The notes: generated by a model from the letters alone, not told the origin. Shown: positions 9,585 through 19,755, counted from the stretch's first letter. The stretch: 64,000 nucleotides of DNA from Candidatus Bathyarchaeota archaeon (GCA_963767735.1 CAVYES010000007.1:96001-160000); one strand, 5' to 3'. Translations and numbers: made by a program.

Positions 9585-11708
9585 TTACTGCTCCGTGAAT
9601 TTTTCTGGTTTAGGCACCTCTGGCGAGAGACCTTTGCGTTGTCGTAAGTCACTTATGACCTGCAATGATATTTTTGGCGGCATTTTTTCCCAATGATCAA
9701 AAAACATTTGCCAAAAAGCCCGACCTGAAGTGGCTGAACGCAGTTCCTTTGAGAAGCCAAAGGTTTCAGAGACGGGGATAAATCCGCTGATAACTGTTAG
9801 AAGCCCTTTCTGCTCAAACAAGGTAACTTTTCCACGCCTGCTGCTCAGCATTCTTGAGGATTCCCCCGCTAATTCCGATGCAACAGTAATGATTATTTTG
9901 TAAATAGGCTCCAAAAGAGCGGGGTCAGCTGTCAAGAAGGAACCGAAAACCGCTTTGCCTACTCCACGCATAATCTCAGCTGAATCAAAATCGCCGCATA
10001 GTTGAAAGTCAACCAAGTTCACCTGTACATGGCGAAGTGGTTCACCGCAAAGCGGACCATCCTTGCAAGCAAACTCGAACCCCGCAATAATCGCTTCTAA
10101 AACCTCTTCAGACACCCGCTCAGTTTTTCCGCTGCAGTCTAAAAGCACGTTTCGACGCTCATCAACCGAAAGAATACCAGCCGACTCTTCTGCCGCTGAA
10201 GATTTTGCTTGGTCTTCGCCGTCAGGTTCAACCTGCACCCAAAAACTGTTCTGTTTATTTGGACTTTTCGCTAAAGCCACAGCGCCTTTTTTCTCAACGC
10301 TTTCCATGTAAACAACTCTAGGCGACGAAAAAGCAACCTCAAAGCCGCAGCTGCTTTTCAGCTGGTTGATGGCGACTTCCAGATGCAGCTCGCCCATGCC
10401 GCTTAGCAGGTACTCCCCTGTTTCCTTATCCGCCACGACCTTAAGATTTGGGTCCTCGCTTGCAAGCTTATCAAGTGCCTCAAGCAAAACTGGGATGTCT
10501 TGGGGGTTTTTGGGTTCAATCGCCAAGGTTACAACTGGTTCTGAAACGTAGTTTATGCCTTCAAAAGGAACCATTTCAGCTTTATGCTTAAAGTCAACGA
10601 GTGTTTCGCCGGCTTTAACCTCACCAGCCAAAGTTACAGACGCTAAGTTGCCCGCGGGAACCGAGTTGACTTCTTCTCGAAATGGGCCCATGTCGATATC
10701 GACTTGGTCAACAACCGTTTCTGCTAAAGCATCTACAAGATGCAAGCGGTCACCTTTCTGCAGTTTTCCTGAAAAAACTCTGCCTGTTGTAACTGTGCCG
10801 GCATCGTCAGAATGTACATTGGCTACGTAGAAAACAGCTGGTCCATCATCGCTGCAGTCAACTAATGCCTGTCCAATCGGTGACTCAACGTGCCCATCCC
10901 AAATCTCCTCGATTCTGTAGGTTTGCGCTTCCCTCGGATTTGGAAGCTTTTTGATTGCCATTTCAAAAATTGCTTCGTAAACAGGCAGCGCTTTCGCCAG
11001 CTTTTTACAGTCGCCTTTCATGTAGGCTGTGATGATGTCGGAAAACTTTAAGCCCCTCTCTTTTGCCATCTCCATCGTGAAGCCCCAGCCATGCAGAGCT
11101 GCCCCAAAAGCAACATTACCAGATGAAGCATCAATTTTCCACTGGTTTTTGAATGGCTCCGCGCAAAAAAGCTCTATTTGGTCATTGAAGCTGCTGATGA
11201 TATGGTTTAGCTTCTTTTGGAGCTGCTCCTCGTTCAGTTGTAACTCTGTAATTAAGCGGTCAACCTTGTTGATGAAAAGCACAGGTCTAACGCGTTCCTC
11301 AAGAGCTTGCCGAGTAACAATTTCCGTCTGCGCCATAATCTCCTCGACAGCATCCACAACCACCACTGCCCCATCGATGACGCGCAGGGCTCGGGTGACT
11401 TTACCCGTGAAATCCACGTGCCCAGGAGTGTCCACAAGATTGATGATGTATGGGTCGCCAGCGATTTTGTATAGCAGGCTGATGTTGGCAGTTTTTATGG
11501 TGATTTTTCGTTTTTGCTCTTCATAAAGATAATCAAGCACACGCGCAGTTCCAGCCATTGTCGTAGACAGCAAACCTGCTCCTGCCAAAAGGGAATCGGC
11601 AAGGGTTGTTTTGCCGTGGTCGATGTGGGCGATTATGCCTATGTTTCGGATAAGCTCTTTTCTGCCCATTAGCCCCTGAATCTGCGCTATCTGCTTGAAT
11701 CTCGACAT
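9585..11708 (-). CDS. Elongation factor 2 paralog (aEF-2p-like)
   Basis: AHIDHGKTT, DTPGHVDF, NKVD, GMGELHLE, LRSATSGRA; the diphthamide HRG loop is absent. Confidence 0.85.
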   Translation of the reverse strand: MSRFKQIAQIQGLMGRKELIRNIGIIAHIDHGKTTLADSLLAGAGLLSTTMAGTARVLDYLYEEQKRKITIKTANISLLYKIAGDPYIINLVDTPGHVDFTGKVTRALRVIDGAVVVVDAVEEIMAQTEIVTRQALEERVRPVLFINKVDRLITELQLNEEQLQKKLNHIISSFNDQIELFCAEPFKNQWKIDASSGNVAFGAALHGWGFTMEMAKERGLKFSDIITAYMKGDCKKLAKALPVYEAIFEMAIKKLPNPREAQTYRIEEIWDGHVESPIGQALVDCSDDGPAVFYVANVHSDDAGTVTTGRVFSGKLQKGDRLHLVDALAETVVDQVDIDMGPFREEVNSVPAGNLASVTLAGEVKAGETLVDFKHKAEMVPFEGINYVSEPVVTLAIEPKNPQDIPVLLEALDKLASEDPNLKVVADKETGEYLLSGMGELHLEVAINQLKSSCGFEVAFSSPRVVYMESVEKKGAVALAKSPNKQNSFWVQVEPDGEDQAKSSAAEESAGILSVDERRNVLLDCSGKTERVSEEVLEAIIAGFEFACKDGPLCGEPLRHVQVNLVDFQLCGDFDSAEIMRGVGKAVFGSFLTADPALLEPIYKIIITVASELAGESSRMLSSRRGKVTLFEQKGLLTVISGFIPVSETFGFSKELRSATSGRAFWQMFFDHWEKMPPKISLQVISDLRQRKGLSPEVPKPEKFTEQ

Positions 11709-12180
11709 AGCTAATACACAAACAGAAACCCATTAATGTCAACGCCCTATTAAATTTATAATTCCTTCTTTCCTTAACGCAGCTCTATTTCCTTTAGTTA
11801 ATTTGATTAAAATTTAGGTTTGGAATTTTTTGGGTTAAAATCTAGTTAAAGCAGCGATTTAGCTCAGGTAAAATTGCAATAAAAACGAAAATAAAATGTT
11901 TTTTTGTTGTTGTATTATGGAAGCCACATATGAATATTAACACTTTTGAGAGTCATTAAATTAGTAACAGTATAGCCTGCGATATTCCAGCATGTTATGC
12001 TTTGGTAAACTGCAGGCAAAGTGGTAGCTGATTTGGAGAAACGATTTTTGAGTCAAATAAAAGTTGCTGTGAAACAAGCCTTTGATACCGTTGACGGAAT
12101 TATATTCGAAGCCGCTTTGGTATTGAACGCGATAGAAACAGAGTACAAACAAAAAGAGTATACCAGTTGAGGTGCAGTTT

Positions 12181-12387
12181 TTATTTGGATAATGATTGCA
12201 CTCTGCCAACTTTGCCGTCTGTAAGTCGTACCTTGATTCCGTGGGGATGAGTCGGGCTGTTGGTAAGGATATCCTTGACGATACCTTCAGTTAATTTACC
12301 GCTTCGCTGGTCTTGCTTCAAGACGATTTTTACGCGGATGCCCGCCTTGATTTGACTCCTCTGTTGATTAGGTTCCATCCCCGTCAT
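12181..12387 (-). CDS. YwbE family small protein
   Basis: VLKQDQRSGKLTEGIVKDILT..HPHGIKVRL..GKVGRV signature. Confidence 0.85.
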   Translation of the reverse strand: MTGMEPNQQRSQIKAGIRVKIVLKQDQRSGKLTEGIVKDILTNSPTHPHGIKVRLTDGKVGRVQSLSK

Positions 12388-12535
12388 ACACGCTTCGCGG
12401 CTTATAGCGCATTCGCACTCATATTCAAACTTTAACATTATTACGAAATCCGAAATAATAAGATTAGCGAAATACGACTTTTAATGCGAAATCACTAGCT
12501 CATTCATAGAAAACACCTCTAAAAAAGGAAACAAA

Positions 12536-12997
12536 ATGACCATAACTTTCTCCAGAAAAGCATTTCTTGTTACAGCTTTAGTGATAGTTTTCGTATTATC
12601 TTTAGCTGTGGTGACCTACACAGAGGCAATAGCGGGTAGCGTAAAACCATTACAGGGCACCGTCACGTACAGTCTCAATAACGTTGAAACTGGAACATGG
12701 ACTACCACTCTCACACTCAGCAACGCTTCTAGCCCTTGGTATTCAAGACTGGAAATCAACGCCGCCGGCTATAATGGACCCGTAATCGTAACTTGGAACC
12801 TACAGCAAAAAACTGGGGTTTCCAGTTGGACGGATGTTTCTGGAGATGCAATATCAACCTCGATGGTGTTGTCAGGAAGCGTACATAATATCTACGCTAC
12901 AAACAACGGCTCTTACAGTTCAAGCAATTATAATTGGGAACAAGATGTCTCTGCATCAGGAACGTATCGAGTAGTTGCGACTGTTATGGCTCCTTAA
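12536..12997 (+). CDS. Hypothetical secreted protein
   Basis: N-terminal hydrophobic helix followed by Ser/Thr-rich beta-type domain. Confidence 0.65.
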   Translation: MTITFSRKAFLVTALVIVFVLSLAVVTYTEAIAGSVKPLQGTVTYSLNNVETGTWTTTLTLSNASSPWYSRLEINAAGYNGPVIVTWNLQQKTGVSSWTDVSGDAISTSMVLSGSVHNIYATNNGSYSSSNYNWEQDVSASGTYRVVATVMAP

Positions 12998-13121
12998 GAT
13001 TAGAATATTGGGTGTATCGCCAAGGTCATGCATATCGAGGCGCCTTCAGTAATCAAAGTTTCAATGGATGGTTCTTCGCAGTACCTAATATCAAATTTAT
13101 AATCCCGCCGACGCAGTAATC

Positions 13122-13910
13122 GTGCTTAGAAGGAAACGGCAGGTGAAAAAGCCCACAATCGTCCAACTTAACCAACTGACCCAAGAACCTTACCCTTCGG
13201 TCTTGTGCTTCCCAAATCCCAGCGAAGCTGAACTGCAAAGCCGCATCCAAGAACTTCGCAGCCTCGACGTCACGGCTCTTGAGTTTTCGGGGACAGCAAG
13301 CCTCTTCGGCGTTGCGGTTCCAGTCTTGGGCAAGGGCTTTGTCGGCATCGTAGTCATTGCGCATGTAAACAGGAAGAGAGTGGCGGTTAAAATCCGTAGG
13401 ACAGACGCAGACCGAGCCGACCTGCTTCATGAAGCGCACATGTTATCCAAAGCAAACTCTGTAAATGTGGCTCCGAAACTCATGGCGGCAAGCAAAAACT
13501 TTCTTCTTATGCAGCTCATTGACGGCGATCTGTTTCCCAATTGGCTAAAAACAAACAAAGAATCAGCCCGGGTAAAACAGATTTTGAGGGAAGTCTTGGA
13601 ACAGTGCTTCAGACTCGACAAAGCTGGCTTGGACCACGGTGAACTCAGCAAAGCACCTAAACACCTGCTAGTCGACAAGACTGAGAAACCCTTCATTGTA
13701 GATTTTGAAACAGCCAGCGAGGAGCGAAGAGTGGCAAATGTTACGGCGGTTTGCCAGTATCTTTTTGCGGGCAACAGCTCTGCATCGAAGATTTTGGCTG
13801 AAATTTTTGGAGAAAGAAATAGATTGGAATTAATTGACGCGTTGAAGGCTTACAAGAAAAACAGAATCAGAAGCAACTTTGAGGGCTTACTTAAGGTTTG
13901 CCTCAATTAG
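13122..13910 (+). CDS. Atypical Ser/Thr protein kinase (RIO/Bud32-like)
   Basis: LGKGFVGIV, VAVKIRR, HGELS, IVDFETAS motifs. Confidence 0.8.
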   Translation: MLRRKRQVKKPTIVQLNQLTQEPYPSVLCFPNPSEAELQSRIQELRSLDVTALEFSGTASLFGVAVPVLGKGFVGIVVIAHVNRKRVAVKIRRTDADRADLLHEAHMLSKANSVNVAPKLMAASKNFLLMQLIDGDLFPNWLKTNKESARVKQILREVLEQCFRLDKAGLDHGELSKAPKHLLVDKTEKPFIVDFETASEERRVANVTAVCQYLFAGNSSASKILAEIFGERNRLELIDALKAYKKNRIRSNFEGLLKVCLN

Positions 13911-13918
13911 CACATAGC

Positions 13919-15004
13919 TTAAGCTAAGATGTCAGTCAGTCTTTTCTGTTCTTTAGCCTCTTTTATTTCCATGGCTATGCGTTTGCCCATGTACATGTTT
14001 TCGCCGTATTTCAGGTAAGCGTAGGGTGAAGTGCCGATACCAACGTTTGTTCCTGCCACGATGCGAGCGGAAATCTCGAAGGTGAAAATTTTCAAATCGT
14101 CAGTTATCACGGTTTCAAGGCAGAAAGGACCTATGATTCCTGGCGGCGCAAGTTCTTTAGCTTTCTTGTGGACACTGTCGCCCATGCGCATCAGTTCAGG
14201 CAATAGTGATTCTCGGAGTACAATTGGGAAGTTGCCTACTACGGTGTATGTGGGGTTAACGTCTATTTCTAGCTGTTCGGCTGCGGGTATTTTGCCGATG
14301 GAGTCCACGGCTGATTCGTATCGCCTATCAACACAGAGAAGTTCCACGTCATCGTTTAGGATTGAGCTGAAGTAGCTGGGGTAAACGTTCACTCCCATCG
14401 CGTACTCTTGCAGGTGAATCTCGCCTAAATCAGCTTCTTTAAGCAAGCCACGTTTAACTAACTCATTGAATTTCTTGTGAAACGCCTTTGGTGAATTGGC
14501 TAAGAAGTATCCTCGTCCACCTTTGGCACCGGGCAATTTGACGATGACTAAGCGGTCAATGTCCTCAGGAGTTTTGAATGTTGCTGGCAAGCGCAGCCCT
14601 GCTTGGCGCAGCCATTCTGCCTGGGATTTGCGGTTGGCTTCCCAATGGAGCAATTGGCGGTTCCCAAACATAGGCACCAAAAGGCGGTCAGTTAATTCTT
14701 CGGTGCTCAAATAAGCGGTAAATGACCCGTGCGGAATCAAAATGACGTTTAGCTTACGCAACCTTTCCTGCAACTGCTCGTTTAACAGTTCAGTAAAGTC
14801 TTTAACGATAATTAATTCGTCGACAAGAGGGAATTTCTTGTACATTATAGCGTCTTTTTCTTTGCATACGCATACTGTTAGGAAACCTTCTTCCTTGGCA
14901 CCCTTGAATATGTTGAGTGAACTGTGGGAGCCTAAAGTGCCGATGGCCAGCTTTTTCTGGTCGTATTTTTCAACTATTTTGGCGATGTCTTTGTGGGTTA
15001 TCAC
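13919..15004 (-). CDS. purP: Formate-dependent AICAR formyl ligase PurP
   Basis: GTLGSHSSL, IPHGSF, GAKGGRGYF, DRRYES, GPFCLE, FEISARIVAGTN. Confidence 0.9.
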   Translation of the reverse strand: MITHKDIAKIVEKYDQKKLAIGTLGSHSSLNIFKGAKEEGFLTVCVCKEKDAIMYKKFPLVDELIIVKDFTELLNEQLQERLRKLNVILIPHGSFTAYLSTEELTDRLLVPMFGNRQLLHWEANRKSQAEWLRQAGLRLPATFKTPEDIDRLVIVKLPGAKGGRGYFLANSPKAFHKKFNELVKRGLLKEADLGEIHLQEYAMGVNVYPSYFSSILNDDVELLCVDRRYESAVDSIGKIPAAEQLEIDVNPTYTVVGNFPIVLRESLLPELMRMGDSVHKKAKELAPPGIIGPFCLETVITDDLKIFTFEISARIVAGTNVGIGTSPYAYLKYGENMYMGKRIAMEIKEAKEQKRLTDILA

Positions 15005-16098
15005 GTTCCCACTTCCGCAAGCCTGCCTTCCTTAACTGCACGTTTAACTTCCATAGCAACGCGTCTACCAGGACCAACTTCTATGCCGTACTTGTATTTC
15101 ATGTATGGCGAAGTGGGCTCAACGCATGGGCATCCTGGGACTCTTGGGCTGACATCGAAAACATAGAAAGTCAAGTCTTTCGTTATGGCACCTTGTAGTG
15201 CAAATAAACCTATCATTCCAGGCGGGTACTCTTTTTTGCAGGCGTCTACAAAGCGTTCTGCCGCTTCAAAGATTTTTTCGATTTGGCTCTCACGCATGGT
15301 GGCTCCCATGTGCCCGATTTCAATGTTCTGCGTGGGAATGTTGAGCTCTAACTGCTCCATCGCTGGCAAATCCAGCACTCCATCGAGGTCTGTTTGAATG
15401 CGCCTGTCAAACCCTAAGAGGTCAATTTCATCGGTTAAGGGTGACCAAAATAGATTAGCGTTAAATTTTGCTCCGACAACGTACTCTTCTATTACCGCAT
15501 GTTCCAGCGCTTCACAAGTTATTATGCCTTGCATTATGCGTTTTTGTGATGTTTTCACGTACTCTTCAGGAGAAGAAGCGAAGAAAAAGGCTCGTTCAAT
15601 TGCCCGTTTTTTTTCGGGAACTTTTACGAGTACTAAGCGGTCAATTTCTTCCGGTGACTCAAAGGTTTTCGGCGTCGCAATCCCAGCCTTCTGAAGCAGG
15701 TACAGCTGGTTTCTTGGCGTGTTGCGCTCTTCAGTCCGCAGCATAGCTCGGTTACCCATCAAAGGCACAGCGAACTGGTTCTCTATTGCCTCGTAACCAG
15801 CATAAACTGAGAATGAACGGTTTGGAACAAAAACTGTGTTCAAATCAACCAGTTTTTTAACGTTCGCTTCGCTTGTTATCTCCAAGAATTTATCCAGCAT
15901 AATCACGTGGTCAAAGAGGTTTCGGTAATATTTTGTGTAGGTTTTTTCTCTCCCAGTCTGGCATACGACTACTGTTTCTAAGCCTTCTTGTTTTGCGCCT
16001 GAAGCTATCTCAAGCGCCGAGTGCGAACCTAAAACCCCTATGCGGATCGCTGCGGGATTGTATTTTTTTATTACTTGCTTAATTTCCTCGCCTAACAT
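15001..16098 (-). CDS. PurP-like ATP-grasp paralog
   Basis: GSHSALEI, VPNRSF, ERAFF, DRRIQTDLDG, GLFALQG, DVSPRVPG; 4-bp overlap with purP. Confidence 0.85.
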   Translation of the reverse strand: MLGEEIKQVIKKYNPAAIRIGVLGSHSALEIASGAKQEGLETVVVCQTGREKTYTKYYRNLFDHVIMLDKFLEITSEANVKKLVDLNTVFVPNRSFSVYAGYEAIENQFAVPLMGNRAMLRTEERNTPRNQLYLLQKAGIATPKTFESPEEIDRLVLVKVPEKKRAIERAFFFASSPEEYVKTSQKRIMQGIITCEALEHAVIEEYVVGAKFNANLFWSPLTDEIDLLGFDRRIQTDLDGVLDLPAMEQLELNIPTQNIEIGHMGATMRESQIEKIFEAAERFVDACKKEYPPGMIGLFALQGAITKDLTFYVFDVSPRVPGCPCVEPTSPYMKYKYGIEVGPGRRVAMEVKRAVKEGRLAEVGT

Positions 16099-16100
16099 GC

Positions 16101-17153
16101 TTATTCCTTCATGTATTTTTTGTACTTCGCGATTACTTCTGAAAGTTTTGGAGCACCAAACATTTTGCGACTAGTCATTTCGTTTGCCGCCGCCATGTAC
16201 ATTTCACTAATGACCGCTTTGAGCTGAGCGTCAAGCTTAGGAGGCTGCGACTTGCACAGCGACTTCCAGTCTCGTATGCCTTTGGTTTCAGCCTCTTTCT
16301 TAGCATGCTCCAAATCCGCATACCAGCTGGTTTTCTTGTAGAATTGCCGCGCAACCTCCTTGCTGACATGCACACCGTCATAAGTGAACCTGCATTCGTC
16401 AAGAGTCCCAACGACGTCAACTATCATGAGTTCTCTTTTTTCGTCGAAAGCTAACTCGATTTTTCCATCCTCATTCTTTAGCCCCGCTTTAGAGGCAACC
16501 TCAGTTATCGTTTCATCCGCCTCAAGAAGGACAGCTTTCACATCGGCTAATTCTTCGTCGGCTAACCCCGCGATTTTCTGCGCCTCCTGCCATGTGACGT
16601 AGCGGTCGGTTTCTTCAAGTTTGGTGCTAACGTCAAAGATTGGCTTGGAAAGTTGTTCGCCAGGCTTTGGATAGTGGTCTAAGCCTAAATCTTTGAGGGT
16701 GATTTTTGCTTGTTCGAGCCTTTTGAAAACCGATGAGCCTTCTGGTAAGCCGTTTCGATAGATTATTTCGAGGGGAACAAGGCAGTTTTTCAGTTTTGGC
16801 GTATAGTCGCTGTAATCGTGGACTATTTTGCCGTTAACTACGCTTGTCTGTGGCCTGTAAACGTTAACTAAACTGACTTCCATGATGTTTGAGTGCTGCT
16901 TTAACTCGTTGAATTTGACGGCTTCGCCTTCTGAGTCAACTAAGCCTCTATAATGGGTCTTAACTCCTTTCCGCTCTAACTGCTCAAAACAGTAAGCGCC
17001 CATCATGCATAAAGCTGCGCCTTTGCTGTCGATGTGGTCTGGCATTTCGCCCCAGTCAAAAACGCTGTAGCGGTCGGAAAAAGCGAATCTACCTATGCCC
17101 ATGGCTTGCCCAGTCGGCTTCTTGATTACTTCGAGGTCTTTTACGCTGCCCAT
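16101..17153 (-). CDS. purC: SAICAR synthase
   Basis: MGSVKD, FSDRYSVFDWG, PLEIIYRN, STKLE, DGKIE, GTLDECR. Confidence 0.9.
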   Translation of the reverse strand: MGSVKDLEVIKKPTGQAMGIGRFAFSDRYSVFDWGEMPDHIDSKGAALCMMGAYCFEQLERKGVKTHYRGLVDSEGEAVKFNELKQHSNIMEVSLVNVYRPQTSVVNGKIVHDYSDYTPKLKNCLVPLEIIYRNGLPEGSSVFKRLEQAKITLKDLGLDHYPKPGEQLSKPIFDVSTKLEETDRYVTWQEAQKIAGLADEELADVKAVLLEADETITEVASKAGLKNEDGKIELAFDEKRELMIVDVVGTLDECRFTYDGVHVSKEVARQFYKKTSWYADLEHAKKEAETKGIRDWKSLCKSQPPKLDAQLKAVISEMYMAAANEMTSRKMFGAPKLSEVIAKYKKYMKE

Positions 17154-17554
17154 GCTGCTATCCCAAGGTTATCTTAGTTCTATCAGAATATTCTATTTTA
17201 GCTTATATATCGCTATCTAGTAAAAAAATCAGCCACTTTTAAAAGGCACAAAAGAATGATTTCTTGAAAGCGGATTAATACAGCCCAGTGTCTTCCAGCA
17301 AAAAAATCAATAATGTTTGAATTTGGCGCCATAAAGGCGTTTTTGTTGGCAACATCTTGCAGTGGCACTGTCCTATTTGAACGTCAACCTAAAATTTTAG
17401 ACCCCGACTGCCCACTGAAGCATAAAACACCTGTTATTGTGCAGGTTTTCTCCCTAACGGACCTATAGACCAACCTAATATTTGTGACAAAAAAAACGCC
17501 ACAAAAAAGCAACCCTGCCAAATAGTGGAGCCAGAAATCTAACGGGCCGAGCAG

Positions 17555-18040
17555 TTACTTTAGTTTCTTTACTGATTCGTTTGCCTTTTCGAGCTCCTTC
17601 TTCTTTGAGGCTTGGTAATTTTTAACTCTGTCAGCCATCTCGCTGTCGCCTAAAGCAAAGATTTTCGCAACAGCAATCGCCGCGCCCTCAGACTCTATGG
17701 TTACTAATGAGCCTATGCCGCTTGGCACTCTGAGCGAAGAGATGATGTCTGCTCCGCCGAATTTTTCACTGTAGGGGGGGCACGCGATGACGGGTTTAGA
17801 AGTGTTGCCATCAATGAAAGCGCTTAGGGCATTGGAGCGTCCGGCAACGGTGACGTAAACTAGTTTTTCGTTTTCGAATTCTTTGATTATTTCAATGACT
17901 TTTTCCGGAGTCTTGTGTGCTGAAGCAACCCGAAACTCATAGCTAACTCCCAAAAGCTTAAGGTACTTTGCAATTTCTCGGGAAAAATCCAAATCCCGCT
18001 CTGAACCCATAATAATTAACGCTTTTCCAGACATGACCAT
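17555..18040 (-). CDS. purE: AIR carboxylase / N5-CAIR mutase
   Basis: IIMGSERD, VASAHKTP, VAGRSNAL, SSLRVPSG. Confidence 0.9.
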   Translation of the reverse strand: MVMSGKALIIMGSERDLDFSREIAKYLKLLGVSYEFRVASAHKTPEKVIEIIKEFENEKLVYVTVAGRSNALSAFIDGNTSKPVIACPPYSEKFGGADIISSLRVPSGIGSLVTIESEGAAIAVAKIFALGDSEMADRVKNYQASKKKELEKANESVKKLK

Positions 18041-18101
18041 TTCCCAATAATCTAACTGAAAACAGGCTAATTAACTAACCTATTTAAACTGTGTTGGAAA
18101 G

Positions 18102-18587
18102 CTAACCAAGCAGCCCGAGCAAAATCTTTGTTAGCCGATCAGCTGCCGCTTGAACTTCAGCGGTCAACCCTTCACCGAACTCCACGTTTTTGGGCTCAAT
18201 TAGTAGTAAAGCAATTTTTGTTCCCGTCGTTTGCTTAAGGTATTCACAGAAAATCCGAAGGGGCAAAAAATGCGTCGTGATCGCCGAAGAATCTTCTATC
18301 TTTTCAGAATCTACCAATCTTGCTTCCCCGGGATTTAAACCTAAAAAGGCAGCATCAATTAACAGGACATGAGTTGGTTTAAACTCCTCGATTTCAAAGA
18401 GGTAGCTTTCTGGCACTGTCTCGCATTCCAGGAGGCAAACCGTTTCTGGAAGCTTGCCTTTTAGTTTTTCCACGATGTTTAATCCTACATAGTCATCTAA
18501 GCGTATGGAGTTGCCGATGCCCGCTATGACGACTTTCTTTGCATCTAAAAACCAGTTTTTAAGCTCTCTTTCAATTTCATCCGGCAT
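18102..18587 (-). CDS. hycI: Hydrogenase maturation protease (HycI-like)
   Basis: GIGNSIRLDD, ETVPE, IDAA, TTH motifs; downstream of hydrogenase genes. Confidence 0.85.
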   Translation of the reverse strand: MPDEIERELKNWFLDAKKVVIAGIGNSIRLDDYVGLNIVEKLKGKLPETVCLLECETVPESYLFEIEEFKPTHVLLIDAAFLGLNPGEARLVDSEKIEDSSAITTHFLPLRIFCEYLKQTTGTKIALLLIEPKNVEFGEGLTAEVQAAADRLTKILLGLLG

Positions 18588-18645
18588 CGAAGCACCAATG
18601 CAAATGAATGACATTAATGGTAGAAAAGGTTTACCACCTATTATC

Positions 18646-19137
18646 CTAAAAGAGCGAGCTAACTAATTTGGGGGTAAGTGTTTGACACCAGGCGGCGATT
18701 TGTTTTTCTGACTCCTCTTTGTTTGCTAAAGGGTTAAGTATTGAGAAGTCTGCGATGAAGTTAGAGTTTGGCATTAATGCTTTTGTTTGCTCAATAGCCT
18801 GAGGTTTTTTCCCTCCTCCCGCAAAGAAAACCGCAACCTTCTTCCCTGAAAGGTCATTCTTTTTTAGGTAAGTTGCGATTGCGGGGCTTGGTCGTCCTGC
18901 CCAAACAGAAGTTCCAACAATTACTAAGTCGTAGCTGGAGGGTGATTTTGTGGTCGGGGCTATCTTGGTTTCTTTGCCGAGCCTAGCAGCAAAACCGCCA
19001 CTAAGAAAACCGAATATGCCGTTTTGCTTTTTCAAGTCGATAACTTCTTCGATGTCCGCGCCGATTTCTGCCGCAATGGTTTCAGCGACGAAGCGTTCGT
19101 TACCTGTTCGGGAATAGTAAACAACAAGACTCTTCAA
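18646..19137 (-). CDS. Flavodoxin family protein
   Basis: VYYSRTGN FMN loop, GTSVWAG. Confidence 0.85.
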   Translation of the reverse strand: MKSLVVYYSRTGNERFVAETIAAEIGADIEEVIDLKKQNGIFGFLSGGFAARLGKETKIAPTTKSPSSYDLVIVGTSVWAGRPSPAIATYLKKNDLSGKKVAVFFAGGGKKPQAIEQTKALMPNSNFIADFSILNPLANKEESEKQIAAWCQTLTPKLVSSLF

Positions 19138-19213
19138 TTGTAATCCCAGCCAAAGCTGTATTGAAAAGCGAACGCTTATAAGATTTGCTTCGAAGACGAT
19201 GAACAGAGTAAAA

Positions 19214-19755
19214 GTGAACTACTCGCCTCTTCCGAGGCGAGCATCCACATCTAATTTTTGTTGATATATTCCTCTATTTTCGCACTAGTAACAACGCCTG
19301 CAGTTCTTACAGCATAGCCCTCAGACCACAAATGCCCACCCCAAAGCTGCAACCTAATCTCAGGAAACTCCTCAAACAGCAGTTTAGCAGAATTACACTT
19401 CAAGACACGCACCATCTCAGGTATACATAGCTTTGGCCGAGCTGAAACAAACACGTGAATATGGTCGCCATGATGAACTTTGGCAGCCATCAGTTGGAAG
19501 CCGTGTGTAGTAGCAATCGTTTTAAGTACTTCCTCCAATCTAACCTCAACTGAGCCTAGAAGTACCTTGCGCCGGTATTTGGTGGCCCAGATAAGGTGGT
19601 AGTTAGCTTGGTAAGCACACGATCTTGCTTTCTCCAAGTCTATCACCCCCCCTTATCCAATGGTGACAGACCTATCGGCTTGAACGGCTAATAGAACTGC
19701 GGGTTGGACGCATTCATCCTGCCGCTAACGCGGCAGGTATTCTGCTAAGTTTTTT
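19214..19755 (-). mobile_element. IS200/IS605-family element carrying tnpA only
   Basis: Subterminal hairpins ctcgcctc-ttcc-gaggcgag (19222-19241) and cctgccgc-taac-gcggcagg (19718-19737); minus-strand end ...GTAGTTCAC typical of IS605 right ends; boundaries approximate. Confidence 0.8.
19251..19646 (-). CDS. tnpA: IS200/IS605 Y1 HUH transposase
   Basis: YHLIWATKYRR, DHIH (HUH), LWSEGY, IEEYI catalytic Tyr. Confidence 0.92.
   Translation of the reverse strand: MIDLEKARSCAYQANYHLIWATKYRRKVLLGSVEVRLEEVLKTIATTHGFQLMAAKVHHGDHIHVFVSARPKLCIPEMVRVLKCNSAKLLFEEFPEIRLQLWGGHLWSEGYAVRTAGVVTSAKIEEYINKN

Noticed and set aside
11961-12209. 82-aa minus-strand ORF
   Set aside because: Overlaps ywbE and has no motif; a ~50-codon + strand frame ending near 12170 is equally plausible, so neither is supported.
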